Translations under genes and position numbers: made by a program
Assembly: GCA_041493205.1 (NCBI GenBank)
Contig: JBGPYM010000001.1
Span: 1-49,971, forward strand
Length of the DNA: 49,971 bases
Reading direction: 5' to 3'
DNA from: Bacteroidota bacterium
Lineage (GTDB): Bacteria > Bacteroidota > Ignavibacteria > UBA10030 > UBA6906
Part shown: in pieces, positions 9,334-19,900 of the stretch
Position numbering within the stretch: position 1 is the first letter of the stretch
Layout of the letters: each line of letters begins with the position of its first letter
The notes under the pieces: model-generated
Database searches by the model: none
Seen by the model: the letters and a program-made list of their open reading frames with translations, nothing else
Told to the model about the DNA's origin: nothing

Positions 9334-11576
9334 TGAGAGATATCGTGACGTTTCTGCAGCGGGACGACAAGCAGACTGTCGGCGGGGGGAACCGCCTGCT
9401 CTGGGCTCCCCCGTTCCCCGTCTTCTCCGATGCGCCGGGTTTCTGGGACAAGGCGCACTATTATAATTACGAATTCACCCCGCTGTTCACCTGGACGCTT
9501 CTCGACGACGAGGGGGCGCCGCTCACGTTGCGGCCGGCCGGGCGCATGTGGGATCCTGCCGGCGTCACGCAGACCTCTACCGTGCGGTTGAAACGAGGGG
9601 TCCTCACGGCAACCGAACGGAAGTGCATTCTTCCCGGCGATGTTGCGACGGCCTCCATCACATTCCAACTGCGGGGCACGGGAAAAGCACGCTTCCATCT
9701 CGTGGCCTGGACCGCGCAGGAACATTTTCCTTCCAGGCATACGTCATGGATAGGCGAACCGTCGGTCAGCGCGGGGACGGTGGCGTTCACCCGGCATCTG
9801 GTCCACCCCGCCCGTCCGCCGATGGCCATCGGCGTTGTCTTTGGGTTGAGCCGGCCGGCCACGTCATACGTGCTGCAGCTCTCCGAGGGGAACCTTCCCG
9901 CGCCCCGGTGGGACCGCACGCCGATGGTCGAAAAATTCCGCGGCAGGCGGCTACCGGATACGATTCAACTTTCCGGCGTCAACGAGGAAGGAATCATCTT
10001 TGCCGCACTCCACACGCCCGTCTCCGTCACCTCCGGACGGCCGGCAACGGTATCAATCGCACTCGGCGCGTCGCCCACCGTGGAAGAATCCCGGCGGAAT
10101 TTCAGTGCGGCCGTCAAAGTCCCTTCCATCGCCGCAGTGAGCAGAGACTCCTGGACCGGGTACTTCAGTGGTGTGCCGCAGTTCTCCTGTTCGGATCCTT
10201 TCCTCGAGCGCTATTACTGGTACCGCTGGTACGGGCTCCGGCTCAACACGATTGCCGGCGGCGAGGGGTTATTGTCCCATCCCACGGTATGCGAGGGAAT
10301 CGAATACTTCCGCATGCCGATCGCCTACAGCGCACAATGTCACATCCTGGAAAACCGCTGGCGGCACGATCCCGCCCTTGCCCGCGGCTGCCTGATGACG
10401 TTCATCGACAACCAGCGGGAGGACGGCAGTTTTCCGGGGGCGGTTGAGATACAGCAGGAGCGCAAGGAGATGTTTTACCACGCGAACTGGGGAAGGGCGC
10501 TCATGGCGCTGCACGCGCATCACCCGTCGGCCGCGTTCCTCCGCGAGGCGTACGAGTCTCTTGCCAGGTACGCACGCTATTTCGACAGGGAACGCGACGA
10601 GGAAGTGAGCGGCCTGTACGACATCGACAATCACTACGAGACCGGACAGGAGTATATGCACCGGTACACCGCGGTGGACCCCGGGGCGGACCGGGATAAC
10701 TGGGGAAAAGTATTCCGGATGAAGGGGGTCGACGCCACGGTGTACGTGTATGAACTGAAACGGGCGCTCGCTTCCGCCGCCCGTGAACTGCACCGGTCGG
10801 GAGAGGCCGAACTCTGGGAGATTGAGGCCGACAAGATTCGGCACGCCGTCCTCGCGCTCATGTGGGATCCGGCCCACCAGATGTTCTTCGACGTGGACCC
10901 TGCGACCGGCGCACGGACAATGGTCAAGGCGGCAACATGTTTCTACCCCTATTTCACCGACATGATCGCGGCGGAGCACGTGGACGGGTTGAAGCATCAC
11001 CTCCTGAATACCGCGGAGTTCTGGTCGCCCTTCCCGGCCCCCTCCACCTCGATGGATGACGAAACGTTCAGCGATGAACCGGAGTGGAAGGGAAAGCGCA
11101 TGAATTGTCCGTGGAACGGCCGGGTATGGCCGATGACCAACAGTCACCTGGCGGAAGCGCTCGCCCGCACCGCCATCACGTTCAGCGATCCGCTCCTCCG
11201 GCGCAAAACGGCGGAGTTCATCACACGCTTCGTGCACATGATGTTTTTTGACGGCGATCCCCGGAGGCCAAATTGTTTTGAGCACTATAACCCGCTGACC
11301 GGCACACCCAGTATGTACCGGGGGATCGACGACTACCAGCATTCGTGGGTGGCAGACCTGATCATTTCGTACGTATGCGGCATCCGCACCGACGCAGAAG
11401 GGCTTGTGATCGACCCCTTCCCGTTCGGGCTCCTCCGTGCCTCGATCGATGACGTCCTGATACGCAGCCGCCGCATCCGCGTCACCGTTGCGAAGAGGAA
11501 CTATACCGTCTGGATTGACGGGATCCGCCGCGGTGCGGGGAGTATCGGCACGCCTCTTCACCTCCCTCTTGCATGA
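9330..11576 (+). CDS. cytoplasmic GH63 / mannosylglycerate-hydrolase-like (trehalase-fold) glycoside hydrolase
   Basis: No signal peptide. Motifs: NHYETGQEY, FYPYF, EFWSPFPAPSTSMDDETF, WNGRVWPMTNSHLAEAL and EHYNPLTG, typical of the GH63/GH37-like (alpha/alpha)6 fold. ATGA overlap with the upstream gene. Confidence 0.6.
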   Translation: MMRDIVTFLQRDDKQTVGGGNRLLWAPPFPVFSDAPGFWDKAHYYNYEFTPLFTWTLLDDEGAPLTLRPAGRMWDPAGVTQTSTVRLKRGVLTATERKCILPGDVATASITFQLRGTGKARFHLVAWTAQEHFPSRHTSWIGEPSVSAGTVAFTRHLVHPARPPMAIGVVFGLSRPATSYVLQLSEGNLPAPRWDRTPMVEKFRGRRLPDTIQLSGVNEEGIIFAALHTPVSVTSGRPATVSIALGASPTVEESRRNFSAAVKVPSIAAVSRDSWTGYFSGVPQFSCSDPFLERYYWYRWYGLRLNTIAGGEGLLSHPTVCEGIEYFRMPIAYSAQCHILENRWRHDPALARGCLMTFIDNQREDGSFPGAVEIQQERKEMFYHANWGRALMALHAHHPSAAFLREAYESLARYARYFDRERDEEVSGLYDIDNHYETGQEYMHRYTAVDPGADRDNWGKVFRMKGVDATVYVYELKRALASAARELHRSGEAELWEIEADKIRHAVLALMWDPAHQMFFDVDPATGARTMVKAATCFYPYFTDMIAAEHVDGLKHHLLNTAEFWSPFPAPSTSMDDETFSDEPEWKGKRMNCPWNGRVWPMTNSHLAEALARTAITFSDPLLRRKTAEFITRFVHMMFFDGDPRRPNCFEHYNPLTGTPSMYRGIDDYQHSWVADLIISYVCGIRTDAEGLVIDPFPFGLLRASIDDVLIRSRRIRVTVAKRNYTVWIDGIRRGAGSIGTPLHLPLA

Positions 11577-12757
11577 TGACGAACGATCCTGTGACCCTCC
11601 CCGCCGACGCACTTTCCTCCGCACGGGCGCTGTTCCCCTTCCTGCACCGGGGGGTTATCTACTTCAACCACGCGGGCACTTCACCCCTCTCGACGCGCGT
11701 CGTTGCCGCGATGACGGAATACCTTGCACGCCGCTCCGAAGGGATGATCGATACGTACAGCGACGATTGCACGATGGTTCTCCGCTGCCGTGCATCCATC
11801 GCGCGGCTGATCAATGCGGAATCACCCGACAGGATCGCATTTCAGGTAAACACGTCGGACGCGATCAACGTCCTGGCATCCGGCCTCCCCTGGAAGGCGG
11901 GGGACAGCATCTTCCTGGGCGCAATCGAGTTTCCTGCAAACGTGCATCCCTATCTCAATCTGAAATCCCTGGGTGTCACCATTGACCATTGTGAGGCTCC
12001 CGATGGCCGCGTCACCACCGAGCTGATCGCTTCGCGGATCACGCCGCACACCAGGCTGGTTGCCCTCAGCGCCGTGCAGTTTCTCTCCGGATACCGTGCC
12101 GACCTGCGGGCGATCGGGGAATTGTGCAGGAGGAAAGGGATCGTCTTTGCCGTGGACGGTATTCAGGCGGCCGGGGCCATCCGTCTGGATGTGCAGCATC
12201 TGAACATCGATTTTCTGGCCGCCGGAGCGCAAAAGTGGCAGATGGGACCGCACGGATCGGGGTTTCTCTATGTCACAGAAGAGCTGCAGTCGCGCATCCG
12301 GCAGAAGAACCTCGGCTGGCTGTCGGTTGAGGACCCCTGGCGCTTCACGGACTACGATCAGCCCCTCGCAGCGTCCGCGCGGCGGTATGAAGGAGGAAGC
12401 CTGAACATGCCATGTCTCTGGGGTCTCGATGCATCGATCGGAACGCTTATGGAATTCGGTCCGAACAGGATTGAGTCGCATATTCTCTCAATCACCGGAG
12501 AGCTGATTGAGCGTCTCCGCCGCATCGAGGGAGTGACCCTCTTCACGCCCCCCGCCGCGGACGAGCGCGCCGGCATCGTGACGGTCGCGCTGGCGCCGCG
12601 GTTCAGTGCCCCCCGCACGTTCGAACGCCTTCAGGCGCAGGGGCTCACCATCGCGGTACGCGAAGGGAAACTCCGGTATTCGCCCCATTTTTACAATTCG
12701 ATGGATGACGTCCGCCGCGCCGCAGAGCTGACGGAAGAGCATCTGGTGCGCCCGTGA
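11573..12757 (+). CDS. class-V (PLP) aminotransferase / cysteine-desulfurase-like enzyme
   Basis: 394 aa. The PLP-lysine region AAGAQKWQMGPHGSGFLY matches the SxxK..GP.G.G.LY pattern of class V enzymes. ATGA overlap at 11573-11576. Confidence 0.75.
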   Translation: MMTNDPVTLPADALSSARALFPFLHRGVIYFNHAGTSPLSTRVVAAMTEYLARRSEGMIDTYSDDCTMVLRCRASIARLINAESPDRIAFQVNTSDAINVLASGLPWKAGDSIFLGAIEFPANVHPYLNLKSLGVTIDHCEAPDGRVTTELIASRITPHTRLVALSAVQFLSGYRADLRAIGELCRRKGIVFAVDGIQAAGAIRLDVQHLNIDFLAAGAQKWQMGPHGSGFLYVTEELQSRIRQKNLGWLSVEDPWRFTDYDQPLAASARRYEGGSLNMPCLWGLDASIGTLMEFGPNRIESHILSITGELIERLRRIEGVTLFTPPAADERAGIVTVALAPRFSAPRTFERLQAQGLTIAVREGKLRYSPHFYNSMDDVRRAAELTEEHLVRP

Positions 12758-14082
12758 CCGAACTGAAACGCGCTCTCACCCGATTCGATCTGACGATGAT
12801 TGCCATCGGGTCGACCATCGGCTCGGGCATCTTCCTTACTCCCGCACTGATCGCGCACACGCTCCCCTCCACGCCGTTGATTGTCATGGTCTGGCTCACA
12901 GGCGGCGTCATGGCGCTCGCAGGCGCACTCACGTTTGCCGAGCTGGGAGGAATCATGCCGGGTGCGGGCGGCGTGTATGTGTACCTCTGCGAGGCGTATG
13001 GTCCGCTTGCGGGATTTCTCTACGGCTGGGCCTATTTCCTGGTGGTAAACACCGGAGGCATCGCCGCGTTGAGTCTTGCGTTCGCGACCTATCTGGGGTA
13101 CTTCATCCCGCTGTCGCCTGCGGGCGTCACCGCGTCTGCCGTGGCCGGACTGGTGATCGTCACGATTCTGAATGTGCGCGGCGTGAAGATCGGAGGTCTG
13201 TTTTCCGACGTCTTTACCATCCTGAAGCTCTGGGGGATTCTCTTCCTCATCGTGGTAGGGCTCGGGTGGGGATCTCTGGGACGGCTCGACTTTGCCGCGC
13301 CGTTGCAGGTGTTTCCCGGAGGCGTGGGCAGCGCGCTCGGGGTTGCGATGGTCGGAGTCCTCTGGTCGTACGGCGGGTGGCAGCACGCATCGTTCGCGGC
13401 TGCGGAGGCAAAGGACCCAAAACGGACCGTCCCATTCGCCATGATCGCCGGCGCAATTGTGGTGGTCGCCGTCTATCTCCTGGCCAATCTCGCGTACATG
13501 ATGCTCCTTCCTGTCGCATCGATCGGTGCGTCCGGCCGCGTCGCCGCCGACGCGATGGAATCCGTCCTCGGACCGGCGGGCGGGCGGATCATCGCCGGAG
13601 CCATCTTCATTTCTACATTCGGCACCGCGGGAATCTATACGCTCACGGCCCCGCGCATATACTTCGCAATGGCCAGGGACGGCCTGTTCTTCCGCAGCGT
13701 CGCCGCCGTGCATCCCCGCTACGGAACCCCGGCAGTCGCGATCATGGTCCAGACAGCATGGGCCATTCTGCTCGTCCTTTTCTGGGGCACGTTTGAAAAT
13801 CTCATTTCCTACGTCGTTTTCACCGACTGGATTTTTTTTGCGCTCGCCGCCTCGAGCGTGTTCGTCCTGCGCAGGCGCCGGCCCTCCGCCGATCGTCCTT
13901 ATACGACTCCCTGGTATCCTTTTACGCCCTTGCTGTTTATCGCGATCGCCGTCTGGTTTGTGCTCAATACGCTTATCTCACGGCCGCAGGAGGCATGGGC
14001 GGGACTTCTGTTCCTGGCACTCGGCGTTCCGGTGTTTTACTACTGGCGATCGCGGACCACCGCAGGGCGGAAGCCCTCATGA
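12754..14082 (+). CDS. APC-family amino acid permease
   Basis: 442 aa, about 12 TM. The N-terminus L..FDLTMIAIGSTIGSGIF is typical of the APC superfamily. The GTG start overlaps the upstream stop (GTGA). Confidence 0.85.
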   Translation: MTELKRALTRFDLTMIAIGSTIGSGIFLTPALIAHTLPSTPLIVMVWLTGGVMALAGALTFAELGGIMPGAGGVYVYLCEAYGPLAGFLYGWAYFLVVNTGGIAALSLAFATYLGYFIPLSPAGVTASAVAGLVIVTILNVRGVKIGGLFSDVFTILKLWGILFLIVVGLGWGSLGRLDFAAPLQVFPGGVGSALGVAMVGVLWSYGGWQHASFAAAEAKDPKRTVPFAMIAGAIVVVAVYLLANLAYMMLLPVASIGASGRVAADAMESVLGPAGGRIIAGAIFISTFGTAGIYTLTAPRIYFAMARDGLFFRSVAAVHPRYGTPAVAIMVQTAWAILLVLFWGTFENLISYVVFTDWIFFALAASSVFVLRRRRPSADRPYTTPWYPFTPLLFIAIAVWFVLNTLISRPQEAWAGLLFLALGVPVFYYWRSRTTAGRKPS

Positions 14083-16943
14083 CCAGATCGATAACCGCGG
14101 TGCTCGCAGTGCTGGGGCTGGTCTCCACCCTTCATGCTCAGCACGTCTGGTTTGCTGAAGATTTTTCCGCCCCTCCTCCGGCATCACGCTGGCACGCCGC
14201 AACAGGGTCATGGGCGTTTGCCACGGGGAGTGCCCGCCTCAACACTGCGGCATACGATCAACTCCTCGCGTCCGGATACTACGTGTATGACACGCACCCA
14301 TGGTCGGCGGAAGTATCCCTCCGCGGGACGCGCGCCGGACTCTTCTTCGGTCTCGAAGACACCTCTTCCAGGGCGCTCGCGCATATGGTGCGGTTTGACG
14401 ACGGGAGCATGCTTACGGGGTATTTCGATGCTGCAGGCGAGTTCACAGCGACCGGGTCGTTTGCACTGCCGTCCCCGCAGAAGGAATGGAATCTGCTCCG
14501 CATCGATGTCGATCCTGCGCATAGGCGATATTCCGTTTCCGTCGACGGCGTCCTCGCGGGGGTCGATACATCGCTGCTCTTCCCGTCCGGTTTTTTCGGC
14601 CTGCAGGGATCGGAGGGGGTGTCGGAATTCCGGTCTGTGCGAATTTTCAGCGACGTTGCCGCTCCCTCCGCCCCCCGCGCACACCGGGGAACGGTCCCAC
14701 GGTTCAATCATGTGACCTTTGTCCGGGCGGGTCAGAACAACGTGACGATCTATAATCCGGAAGCACGCGCGTATCAGGCGCTTGATCTGCAGGGGAAACT
14801 CCTCCGGGAGCAGAATGGGCGCCCGCCCGCCCCTCCCGAGCCGCGCGCCCGCCGCGGAGATCTGGAAGTCGAAGCATCGGCCGACGGCCTCACCCTGACC
14901 GACACGCGCGATGGCGCGGTGCGCACTGTCCCGGTGCGATTCGGACATCCCACAGCGGTCCTTGTTGATGCGGACACGACCATCTACGTCGCCGATGCCG
15001 CCCGTCGCACGATCGTGGCGGTCCCGATCCACGGTGGCCCGATCCGCACACTGGAGGGGAAATCCATCGGCGGGTTCCTTGCACCGCGGGGCCTCGATTT
15101 CTCCTCCCGTCATCAGATCGTGGTCGCAGACTACAACCGCATCGTGTTCGTTGACGGGAGTCTCGGGGAATCCCCCGCGGTCCGCATCGTACATCCCACC
15201 ACGATCGCCGCCACCTGGATACCCGCGGGGGCTCCGCATCCGGTCGTCCGCCTCAGGAGAGACGGCGGCGCATGGAAATCTTTTGCTGCCGGAACGGACA
15301 AGAAATCGGGTGAGGCAAGCGTGCTCCTGCCGGGACTGCAACCCGCGGCCCGGTACTGCGTGATATTTTCGAACGCATTTAAAGTCATCCCGCCGGCCGG
15401 CGTCTTCTCCCGGGAGTACAGACTCGCAACACCCCCCGCCGATTCCACGCACATGCTCTACGCCCGGCTCCCGGTTCTCTGTATGGTGTACCGTTCGATT
15501 GATTACCGTGACCGGTACCCGGCAGGCCGCTACCCGCGTGTCCCGCCGGGACGGCGTCTGACCGATGAGGACATTGAGGAGCTCAGGCAGGCGTGCCGGT
15601 TCAACGCGGAATTTTACTTTCGCAATTCCGGATGCCGGCTCCTGCTCGATTTTGATTTCTTCGTTGTGGAGGAACCCCTCCGCCTCCGCGACGTCGGTGA
15701 TCAGGATCCATACTGGCTGTCGCCGAACGATCGGGTGGCCCGCGACGTGGAGCACGCCGCACAGTCGTTCGGAAAAACACCCGCCCGCTACGCAGGGGTT
15801 GTCGTGCCCTACGCATGGGAGAATTATCCGCCCCACCGCACGAGCGCGCTGGCCGACCCGTCGAAGCAGGATACTGTGTCCATCCGCCAGGCGTACGGCG
15901 GAGGGACGCTGGGCGTTCCCGCTCCCTGGAAATACGGGACAGGTGCCGGGTATACGGCCAACCCCTTCCAGGACCGATTCAGCCGCCAGGACTGGCTGAT
16001 CACACACGAATTCCACCACCAGCTTGATGCGCTCCTCGACGCGAGCGGAGAACCCGGCTACTATCATGCCGACCAGCCCTGGAAAATGCCGGGACGGTTC
16101 GGAGAGGACTTTGACTTCAACGCACAGATCATCCGCAAGGCGCCGGTGGAATGGTGGCTCGCGATGAAATTCGGCACCCTCGAAGAAACTGCCGATGCGG
16201 ACCATGACTCCGTCCCTGACAACGACCCGCGCCTCCCGTTCGACGAGAAACGGCTCAGGGGAAATCCCCGCCGGATCGACACCGACGGCGACGGACTCAC
16301 GGACCTCGCAGAAGTCATGGCAGGTTCTTCCCGGGGAACATTGCTGGACAACAGGGACTCCGACGCTGACGGCATTGAGGACGGGGCTGATCCCGAGCCG
16401 CTGTACCCCTTCCCCCCGGAGATCCCCCGGCTCCCTGCGGGGCAACTCAGTCCGTCGCGCCCGTTCGCCACACTGCACGGGTCTATGGGGCCGGCGGATC
16501 TCTCCTGGGCGTGGACGGACAGCGCCCTGACTATCGCCTGTGATGCCCCCCTGCCGGCCGGCGTGCTTATCCAGATTGATGCATCGTGCGACGGGTGGTT
16601 TCATGGTTTTGACAATTTCCAGATCCGCATCGGCCGCGATACCGTCGCCGCAACGGTTCTGGACTACTATCTTCGCGACTGTTCGAGCTGGACTGATCCT
16701 CCCCGGGACCGCAAGGACCTTTTGAGACCGCAGGATCTGAAGCTCATTGCGGGAAAGACGGGAGACAGCACCGCAGTCCGCTATCAGACCATCGTAAGGA
16801 TTCCGCGGTGTGATGCATATGGGCTGTCACTGCAGCGAGGGAAGACAATTGCAATCCGTCTGGGGCTCCAGACCGCGACGGATCGCTGGGTGTGGGAGGA
16901 GCTCCTTGAACGGAACGCGATGATGAAGGTGGCGCTGAAGTGA
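14079..16943 (+). CDS. secreted multidomain protein: LamG/DUF1080-like domain, NHL-like repeats, Fn3-like domain, HExxH-containing domain, thrombospondin-type-3-like Ca-binding repeats and a C-terminal beta-sandwich
   Basis: I trimmed the start to ATG 14079, which makes an ATGA overlap and gives the signal peptide MTRSITAVLAVLGLVSTLHAQ. HEFHH lies at nt 16005-16019. NHL-like strings: TIYVADAARRTIVAV and HQIVVADYNRIVFVDG. Asp-rich repeats: DADHDSVPDND, DTDGDGLTD and DSDADGIEDGADPEP. No family assignment is possible by eye. Confidence 0.7.
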   Translation: MTRSITAVLAVLGLVSTLHAQHVWFAEDFSAPPPASRWHAATGSWAFATGSARLNTAAYDQLLASGYYVYDTHPWSAEVSLRGTRAGLFFGLEDTSSRALAHMVRFDDGSMLTGYFDAAGEFTATGSFALPSPQKEWNLLRIDVDPAHRRYSVSVDGVLAGVDTSLLFPSGFFGLQGSEGVSEFRSVRIFSDVAAPSAPRAHRGTVPRFNHVTFVRAGQNNVTIYNPEARAYQALDLQGKLLREQNGRPPAPPEPRARRGDLEVEASADGLTLTDTRDGAVRTVPVRFGHPTAVLVDADTTIYVADAARRTIVAVPIHGGPIRTLEGKSIGGFLAPRGLDFSSRHQIVVADYNRIVFVDGSLGESPAVRIVHPTTIAATWIPAGAPHPVVRLRRDGGAWKSFAAGTDKKSGEASVLLPGLQPAARYCVIFSNAFKVIPPAGVFSREYRLATPPADSTHMLYARLPVLCMVYRSIDYRDRYPAGRYPRVPPGRRLTDEDIEELRQACRFNAEFYFRNSGCRLLLDFDFFVVEEPLRLRDVGDQDPYWLSPNDRVARDVEHAAQSFGKTPARYAGVVVPYAWENYPPHRTSALADPSKQDTVSIRQAYGGGTLGVPAPWKYGTGAGYTANPFQDRFSRQDWLITHEFHHQLDALLDASGEPGYYHADQPWKMPGRFGEDFDFNAQIIRKAPVEWWLAMKFGTLEETADADHDSVPDNDPRLPFDEKRLRGNPRRIDTDGDGLTDLAEVMAGSSRGTLLDNRDSDADGIEDGADPEPLYPFPPEIPRLPAGQLSPSRPFATLHGSMGPADLSWAWTDSALTIACDAPLPAGVLIQIDASCDGWFHGFDNFQIRIGRDTVAATVLDYYLRDCSSWTDPPRDRKDLLRPQDLKLIAGKTGDSTAVRYQTIVRIPRCDAYGLSLQRGKTIAIRLGLQTATDRWVWEELLERNAMMKVALK

Positions 16944-19900
16944 AAAAATATGCATTCCTGGCCGCTGACCCCCGGCATCTCACACCCGAGGAACGGGCGG
17001 CACGGCAGTTTTGCCGGACCCGGTTCGGCCGCACCCTCACTGTGGTGGGCCTCCGGAATCTCCCTTCCCTGCTGGACGCCGGCAGCTCGCCCGCCGTCCT
17101 CTGGTGGCATTACGACGCTTCAACGGACCTCCCTCCTCTCGCGCGCGACCCGGGAGTCATAGCTGCACTCCTGTCGTACCTGGAGCGGGGGGGCGGACTC
17201 TTGCTTTCCCTCCTGGCAGCGCGCTACGCGACTGACCTGGGGATCGAGACAATACCGCCGAACGTGATCGTGAAAGGTGTGTGGGATGAGGAGTGCTGGG
17301 CACCCGGCACTCAGGATATCAGAGGCATGGCGACGCCGCATGGACATCCGCTCTTTGACGGTCTCGGCAAGGGCGCCTACACCTGGAGTCCCGCACGGGG
17401 AGATCCGTTTGCTGCGGCGTGGTACGATCACGGATCTCTCCCGGCATCCGGCCTGGTGGCCGGTGTGGAACGTCAGTACATAGGAATCGACGACCGCAGG
17501 CGCATCGCGATTGAGTACCGCATGGGAAAAGGGCGCGTCCTCACCATCGGCTCCCATTTCTTTTTTGCACATGCCAATCCCCGGTTCCGCCTTCACCTGG
17601 AGCGGCTTGCGTCCAACGGGCTCGCATACCTCTCCTCCCGCACCAGGCCCGCCCGCGGGACCCACTGGTCGTTCGCTCAGAAGCCGCCTGAGGAAATCGC
17701 GCGGAGTTCCCCACCACTCCAAAAGAGTGATCCCGTTCCGTCCGGCAATGTGCTCCCGCCGGGGATACGTCGCCGGCCGGCCACATCCAATGAATTTGAT
17801 ACGGGCGGGCGCCGGATTCTCATCCTCGGTGAAGAATCCCGCGGCATTGATGAGGTCTGGGTGCATCCGCATCGCATTCTGAACGAATTCCGCACAACCT
17901 TCTCCGTCGGTGCAGGGAAGCGCCAGGGCGCCGGTCTGGTTCCTGATGACGTCACGCTCCGTCACGGATTGGTCGTGCGCAATTTCCGGTGCGACGGGGC
18001 GCTGATTGAAGAATCCATCTTTGGAGACCGGGTTCTGCCCGCCGGCGCAGTACGGTACAGGATCGAGTCAACGCTCCCGGTGGTAATCGCAATTGCAGTG
18101 CGCGTGGATCTCCGTGCGATGTGGCCGCTCCCTGCTTCCGCTACGGGAGCGCTCCACTACGGCTGGGACGAAGGTCTCCAGGCCCTCAGCGTGAGCAACG
18201 GAGACGGCAGGGGGGGTTCCCTGATCGGCAGCGGCAAGCGCCCGGACGCGCGACGCATGGAAGCGGTCGGAGGAGAGCACCGGGAAATCGTGCTGGCCCT
18301 GGAGTATACATTCCACCCCGGAGATGCTCCGTTGACGATCGCATTCGCGGGGTCGGCTCATCGTGAGGCAACGGCGGCATACCGGCGGATGGTGAAATCC
18401 ACCGACCGGCGCCTTGCTCTGCAGACACGACACTCCAGCCGGATCATCGAGGGCGCTGCCGTCATCGAGGGACCGGACGCACAATTCAACGAGGGGTACC
18501 GGACGGCGCTGGTCTCCACAGAGCGGTTTTCCGTGGAAGTGCCGGGTCTCGGGCCGTCCCTTATGGCGGGCTATGCCAGCACTGCGCACGGATGGAACGG
18601 TGGACATGCGGTGAGCGGCCGGCCGGGGTATGCGTGGTTCTTCGGCAGGGACAGCGTCTGGACCTCCTTTGCCATGCTCGGGTGCGGCATGCACGATACC
18701 GTACGGGATGTGCTTGCATTTCTCGGGGACCACCAGGATCTCACCGGCAAGATTCTGCACGAGATGACGACGAGCGGATTCACTCACTATGACGCGGCGG
18801 ATGCGACTCCGCTCTATATTATCCTGATGGGGCGTTACCTTACCGCAACGGGTGACGTCCGGTTTGTCCGTTCTCAGAAGGAGAGATTCCGTCGTGCATT
18901 CGCGTATTGCCTGTCGACGGATACGGACGGGGATCATCTGATAGAGAACACCAACGTCGGCCACGGGTGGATCGAGGGGGGTCCACTCTACCCCGTTCAT
19001 ACAGAGCTCTACCTCGCGGCCTGCTGGGGGGAAGCGCTTGCGCAGGCGGCGGCCGTTGCCAGGCGCATGGGAGACGCAAGGCTTGCACGGAAGTGCGGGA
19101 AGGAAGCCCGCGTGGTGGGAAATTCGATCCGGAAGTTGTTTTGGAATCCCGGGACGCGGGTGTACAGCTTCGGAAAGAACGCCGACGGATCGTATCGTTC
19201 CGGGGAGACGGCACTGCAGGCGGTCGCCATGCTCTTCGGGTTGACCGACCGGAAGAACGACGCACATGTCCTTGACCGGCTCGCTTCCGACCAGTTCTCC
19301 GCAGACTGGGGGGTCCGGATGGTCCCGAGGGAAAGCCCGCATTATGATCCTGCGGGGTATCATGAGGGGAGCATCTGGCCCCTATGTACCGGCTGGACCT
19401 CTCTCGCAGAGTTCCTCAACCGCCGGCCGGTTCAGGGATTCATCCACGCGATGGGCAATCTCCAGCTTGGCTGGCACTGGTCTGCGGGGAATTTCCCAGA
19501 GGTCCTGCATGGCGAGCGGTGTGCGCCGGCGGGGGTGTGTGCACACCAGGCCTGGTCCGGGTCCATGGTACTGCAGCCGCTTATCGAGGGGATGCTCGGA
19601 TTCCGCGCGGACGCCTCCGGACGCCGGGTCTCCCTCCGGCCGTATTTCCCCCCCGAGTGGGAGCGGGCCGAGGCCCGCCGGCTGCGTATCGGGAAGGACT
19701 CGATCACGATGACCATGAGAAGACGCATGAACAGGACTTCATTCATCTTCTCTGCGACAACCGCACGACCCATTGAGGTCGAATTCTGCCCCTGGTTCCC
19801 CTGCGGAACGACGCTCCATGCAATTCGCGCCGGATCAATTATCGCGGTTCACGATATTCACGTGAGTGATCCCGACGATGTTCCGCCCCTGCCGTTCACG

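Noticed and set aside
14208-16604. A 798-aa ORF on the minus strand. Comparable long antisense ORFs occur at 1654-2706, 4199-5632, 10269-11624, 18068-19363 and 43616-44641.
   Set aside because: All lie entirely antisense to genes with strong family motifs. Their products are Arg/Gly/Pro/His-rich and low in complexity, with no motifs. These are typical stop-codon-poor shadow frames in high-GC DNA.
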